From Candidatus Multivoradales bacterium (lineage in GTDB: Bacteria; Acidobacteriota; Thermoanaerobaculia; Multivoradales; JAHEKO01), in the NCBI GenBank assembly GCA_965223155.1, contig CBDCVR010000015.1, positions 128,001 to 192,000 on the forward strand: DNA of 64,000 bases, in the 5' to 3' direction. The position numbers and the translations under genes were made by a program. A model generated the notes under the pieces. That model was not told the DNA's origin, made no database searches, and saw only the letters and a program-made list of their open reading frames with translations. Below, one piece after another: positions 60,054-64,000 of the stretch (position 1 is its first letter; every line of letters starts with the position of its first letter).

Positions 60054-62609
60054 CTAGGTTCCGTCGCCGTCGAGCCGGTTGATGAGCGACAGAAACGCGG
60101 GCAGGACCGTGATCGCCACGATCCCGGTCGCCACCGCTCCCAGGATCGCGACCACTCCCATCGAGCTGAGTCCCGGATACGAGGACCCGGAGAGGGAGCC
60201 GAAGCCCACGATCGTGGACAGGGCCGCCAGGGTGATGGCCTTGCCGGTCTCGACCATCCCTTGGTGCCGTTGCTCCCGTCCGGCGGTGGCGAACTCGCGG
60301 TGCCGATGCACCATGTGGACGCCGTAATCGACGCCAATGCCGATGATCATGGTGGTGACGAAGATGTTCATGAAGTTCATCGGCAGGCCCAACCACCCCA
60401 TCGCGCCCAGCATCCAGACGATGCCGAGTACCAGCGGTCCGAGAGCCAGGGCGGTCGAGCGCAGGTTCCGGAAGTCGAAGTACAGCAGGATGGCGACCAG
60501 GACGAAGCCCAAGATGGCGGCGAAAACGGCATCGTCCAGGACGCGCTCGCGCATGTACCGGCTGATCACGTTGGCCCCTGTCAGTCGCACCGAGGGCCCC
60601 AGCTCGCGCACCAGAGCTTCGGCCCCCGGCGGCGGCTCGCGCCGCCAGGTCTTGGCTGGTGGATAGAGATAGACGGCGCTGGTCCAAGTCGAACCCTCGA
60701 GGCTCAAGTACCGATCGACCAGTTGCCCCGCCTGGGGATCGCGGCGGACCTCCTCGATCGAGAGCGGACGATCGCGTGACAAAGCCGACTCGAGCAGAGT
60801 CAGACCGCGCTCGAAGGGTTCAATCCGGAGCCCTTCGGCGGCCACCGCCTCCCGGAAGGTCCGCGCGATCCGCGCCGGGGCCAACCGATCGGACCGGGCC
60901 GCTTCGAGCCAGGTCAGGGCCGCCTCTTGCCGGGCCGGAGGCGGCAGGATCGTGGCGATCGAATCGACGTCGCGCAGGACGTCCTCGGCCATCAGCGACT
61001 CTCCGCCTTCCTGCGCGCGCTGGGTCAGCTCCAACACCTCGTCGAGGTCCTCGCCGCTCGCCATCAGCACCATCTGGTCGAAACCGATGCCGAAGCGCTC
61101 CGCCACCTCGTCCCGAACCTCGACCCCCGGGTTGCCCTTGGGGCGCATCGCCTGGACGCTGTCCTCGAAGCGAAGTCCGCCCAGCCCGGCGGCGGCGGCG
61201 AGAGTGATCAAGGCTCCCAGGACCAGCACCAGCCGGCGTTTGCGCAGCACCCAGCGGATGAGCCAGCCACTACCGAAGCCATGCAAGTTGAGCCGCGGCA
61301 AGGTCTGCCGCCGAGAGTGACGGTCCTCCGCCCAGGAGAGCATCGCCGGCAGCAAGAAAAGGACGGAGACCATGCATAACAGGATGCCCGTCCCGGTCAG
61401 GAGGCCCATCTGCAAGAGGCCGGTGAAGTCGGTGACCATGAAGGCGTAGAACGTGGCCGCGCTGGTCACGCCGCCGATGAAGACGGCGCGGCCCGAGGAG
61501 CCGCTCATGGTGGCCAGCGCGTCGTCGTGGTCCTGCCCCCGATGCCGCTCTTCCACGTACCGGCCGTAGGAGACGATGATGAAATCGATCCCCAGGCCCA
61601 CAAGCAGCGCCGCCACGCCGCTGGTCGCCGCGCTCAAGGTTCCGTAGAGCCCGGAGGCCACGCCAAAGGTCAGCACCAGTCCGCAGGCCAGGGGGACGAA
61701 GGCGTAGAGCAGCAAGCCGAGCCGGCGGAAAGCCAGGTAGAAGAGAACCAGGACCCCGAGCATGGAGGTAGCGATGTTCGAGACGACGTCAGAACGGATC
61801 GAGCCGGCGTCGCCCACGACAATGACGTGCCGTCCTCCAAGCGCCACCGTCGGCTCGATCAGGTCTTCGCCGTCGAAGCGCTCCCGCCAAGCGGCCACGG
61901 TTGCCTCCACCTTGCCTTCCACTGCCTCGATCAGGCCCTTGGCGTAGTCCACGTCCTGGGGCGGACCGTCGGGTTTGGCCAGGAGCAACATCATGCGGCG
62001 GTCCTTGGACAGGAAGAAGCCTTGCTGCCAGTTGACCGCGAAGCCGGAGCTGCTGCCCGCCAAGACGTCCAGGAACACATCGGCGACGCCGAGCGGATCC
62101 AGCAGAACCAGGTCCTTCTGAATCAGAAGCCTGGGCGTGGTGATGAGCCGCCGAAGCTCGCGCGCGCGCTGGCGGATAGCATCGTCTTCCAACCGATCGG
62201 CCAGCTCTTCGAGCTCTTCGTCGGACAAGAACAGTAGGGCGCGCGGGAGAAACGAGTTGACGATCGCGTCGAGGTCCCCGATCCGGTACCGCACTTCGGT
62301 GAGGCTCTCGATCTCGGTCAACCGCTCGCCGAGCATCTCGACGAAGGTCTCGTAGGGCGCCAGTACGGCCTCCTCCGGGAGACGTACCGCGACCAGCAAG
62401 TAGTCGACGCTGCCAAAGTCTTCGAGCGCCTTGCGAAAATCTTCGACCTCGGGCGATTTCCTGGGCAGCAGGCCCAAGACGTCGGTGTCGAAGCTCAGCC
62501 GGGAAGCTCCGGCCAGCGAGGCTGCGACAGCCACGAGGGCCACCAGAAAGACGCTCCGGTAGCGCCGTCGCGCGAAGCTCGCGATCCGCCGCAGCGAAGG
62601 GTGCAGCAT
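60054..62609 (-). CDS. MMPL/RND family exporter
   Basis: Two repeats of TM + periplasmic domain + 5 TM, with GLGIDF and GIGVDY motifs. Confidence 0.9.
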   Translation of the reverse strand: MLHPSLRRIASFARRRYRSVFLVALVAVAASLAGASRLSFDTDVLGLLPRKSPEVEDFRKALEDFGSVDYLLVAVRLPEEAVLAPYETFVEMLGERLTEIESLTEVRYRIGDLDAIVNSFLPRALLFLSDEELEELADRLEDDAIRQRARELRRLITTPRLLIQKDLVLLDPLGVADVFLDVLAGSSSGFAVNWQQGFFLSKDRRMMLLLAKPDGPPQDVDYAKGLIEAVEGKVEATVAAWRERFDGEDLIEPTVALGGRHVIVVGDAGSIRSDVVSNIATSMLGVLVLFYLAFRRLGLLLYAFVPLACGLVLTFGVASGLYGTLSAATSGVAALLVGLGIDFIIVSYGRYVEERHRGQDHDDALATMSGSSGRAVFIGGVTSAATFYAFMVTDFTGLLQMGLLTGTGILLCMVSVLFLLPAMLSWAEDRHSRRQTLPRLNLHGFGSGWLIRWVLRKRRLVLVLGALITLAAAAGLGGLRFEDSVQAMRPKGNPGVEVRDEVAERFGIGFDQMVLMASGEDLDEVLELTQRAQEGGESLMAEDVLRDVDSIATILPPPARQEAALTWLEAARSDRLAPARIARTFREAVAAEGLRIEPFERGLTLLESALSRDRPLSIEEVRRDPQAGQLVDRYLSLEGSTWTSAVYLYPPAKTWRREPPPGAEALVRELGPSVRLTGANVISRYMRERVLDDAVFAAILGFVLVAILLYFDFRNLRSTALALGPLVLGIVWMLGAMGWLGLPMNFMNIFVTTMIIGIGVDYGVHMVHRHREFATAGREQRHQGMVETGKAITLAALSTIVGFGSLSGSSYPGLSSMGVVAILGAVATGIVAITVLPAFLSLINRLDGDGT

Positions 62610-63190
62610 CAGGAGTCGGGTTGCCGCAAAGCCGCTTGCGGCTCGGCGTCACGCCCGAACAACACCGGCCCGTAGCGGAAGAAATACTCGAAGCCCGAGT
62701 AGAGGCTCACCACCATCGCGATCCAGAGCGACGCCGGGGCCAGGCGCTGGAAGCTGCCCAAGCGGTTCGAGATGATGAGCAGCGAGATCGCGACCATCTG
62801 AGTCACGGTCTTGACTTTGGCCGAGGGAATCGCCGCCAGTACCAGGCTCTCCGAAGCCGCGACGCCGCGTAGCGCCGACACCGCGAACTCGCGGGCGATA
62901 ATCGCGGCGACCATCCAGGCCGGAGCCAGGCCCAGCTCCACCAGCGAGATCAGTGCCGCCGAAGTCAGGATCTTGTCGGCGGCCGGGTCCAGGAGCTTGC
63001 CCAGTCGCGTCACGAGCTTGCGGCGGCGCGCGATGTGTCCGTCCAGGAAATCGGTGGCGGCGGCCACCAGGAAGACGGCCAGCCCGACGAATTCCTTGCC
63101 ATCGAACTTGGTCAGCAAGACGGCGACCAGAACCGGCACCAGCAGAATCCTGGTCAGCGAGAGGACGTTGGGCAGGTTCAGCAACATCAC
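62609..63190 (-). CDS. pgsA: CDP-diacylglycerol--glycerol-3-phosphate 3-phosphatidyltransferase
   Basis: NLPNVLSLTRI and TDFLDGHIAR…GKLLDPAADK CDP-alcohol motif. Confidence 0.93.
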   Translation of the reverse strand: MMLLNLPNVLSLTRILLVPVLVAVLLTKFDGKEFVGLAVFLVAAATDFLDGHIARRRKLVTRLGKLLDPAADKILTSAALISLVELGLAPAWMVAAIIAREFAVSALRGVAASESLVLAAIPSAKVKTVTQMVAISLLIISNRLGSFQRLAPASLWIAMVVSLYSGFEYFFRYGPVLFGRDAEPQAALRQPDS

Positions 63191-63906
63191 GGCCGCCGGC
63201 TGGGTCGAGTCGTGGTCATCACCAGGCGTCCGCTCGCGTCCCGGATCAGGTAGGTCCGCCGCCCGCGGCTCACCCTGCCTGTCCGGCTCAAACGGAACGA
63301 ATCGTCGCCCCGGTACTCACGCAGAATCCGCTCGACGTAGCGCTCAGTCTCGCGGTAGGGCGGTATGCCCCCGAAGCTACGCACGGCCTCGGGACCCGCG
63401 TTGTAGGCGGCCAGCGCCAGCTCCACGCTGCCGAACCGGTCCAGCATCCTTTTCAAGTAGCGCGTTCCCGCTCGGACATTCTGCTCCGGATCGTAGGGAT
63501 CGGTCACCGAGTACATGGCGGCGGTCGCGGGCATGAGCTGCATCAATCCCATGGCTCCCTTAGTGGAAACCGCCGAGGGGTTGTACGACGATTCGGCCGC
63601 GACGACCGCCATGACCAGCTTCGGCTCAAGGCCCGCCACGCGGGCGAAACGCTCGATTGTGGGTCGGTGCTGTTCCCGGCGCTCGGACCAAGAGCCCGTC
63701 GCCGGCACCCGCGCCGCCGGTACGGCCGGTCCCGCCGCCGCTCGGGGGGAACCGCCGACGTTGTAGACGTGAAGGCCGCCGTCGGGGCGCTTGCGAATCT
63801 TGACCTCGGAGCTCGCCGGTGACGCCGCCAGCAGCACGGCCACCGCCAGCCCCAGCCTTGGCACGGCGCCGAGGTCTCGACCCAACCGTCGCCAGTGCCC
63901 CTTCAC
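63187..63906 (-). CDS. lytic transglycosylase (SLT domain), exported
   Basis: AESSYNPSAVS, GAMGLMQLMP, AAYNAG and PPYRET motifs. Confidence 0.93.
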   Translation of the reverse strand: MKGHWRRLGRDLGAVPRLGLAVAVLLAASPASSEVKIRKRPDGGLHVYNVGGSPRAAAGPAVPAARVPATGSWSERREQHRPTIERFARVAGLEPKLVMAVVAAESSYNPSAVSTKGAMGLMQLMPATAAMYSVTDPYDPEQNVRAGTRYLKRMLDRFGSVELALAAYNAGPEAVRSFGGIPPYRETERYVERILREYRGDDSFRLSRTGRVSRGRRTYLIRDASGRLVMTTTRPSRRP

Positions 63907-64000
63907 GCCTCGCCCCCGTTTTCGAGTTGCTCGCGTACCAGCCCGGGCACAGCCGCGAGAGCCTCGTCCAAACGCCCTACCTCCTTGCCGCCGGCCTGGG
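63903..64000 (-). CDS. alaS: C-terminal end of probable alanyl-tRNA synthetase (DHHA1 domain), partial
   Basis: My translation of the minus strand gives QAGGKEVGRLDEALAAVPGLVREQLENGGEA*. (A)QAGG is typical of the AlaRS C-terminus, and the TGA overlaps the SLT GTG start. Confidence 0.6.
   Translation of the reverse strand, partial: QAGGKEVGRLDEALAAVPGLVREQLENGGEA

Overview
High-GC bacterial chromosomal window that is almost entirely coding, with about 58 CDS. Gene content is compatible with an Acidobacteriota/Thermoanaerobaculia-like organism, but this is inference only. It is mostly core genome. Central metabolism: sdhCAB, sucCD-ndk, two isocitrate dehydrogenases, pyk, glnA, cdd, an MqnD-like protein and an aminotransferase. 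Translation: the ffh-rpsP-khpA-rimM-trmD-rplS-rnhB cluster and the 3' end of alaS. Other core or envelope genes: recD2, pcnB, uppP, pgsA, DsbD and an M2 peptidase. Signalling: an NtrC-type activator, an ECF sigma cassette, a membrane PP2C, and Hpt/CheY/OmpR modules with no kinase. I saw no rRNA, tRNA, CRISPR array, transposase, integrase or phage gene, and no clear-cut novel multi-gene system. The best leads are: (i) a divergent locus with a permuted LeuD-LeuC aconitase-family fusion, a variant class-3 asparaginase and MqnD on one side and ArgE-HutF on the other; (ii) a catalytically dead S51-fold protein plus a small Cys/His protein embedded in the sucCD-ndk operon; (iii) a DUF4301 protein with UDP-sugar pyrophosphorylase-like motifs behind an 11-bp tandem-repeat promoter; (iv) a recurring -10 box 6-9 nt before start codons, suggesting leaderless mRNAs; (v) an orphan phosphorelay whose regulator promoter carries a direct-repeat operator. 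All calls come from motif recognition by eye, without database searches.
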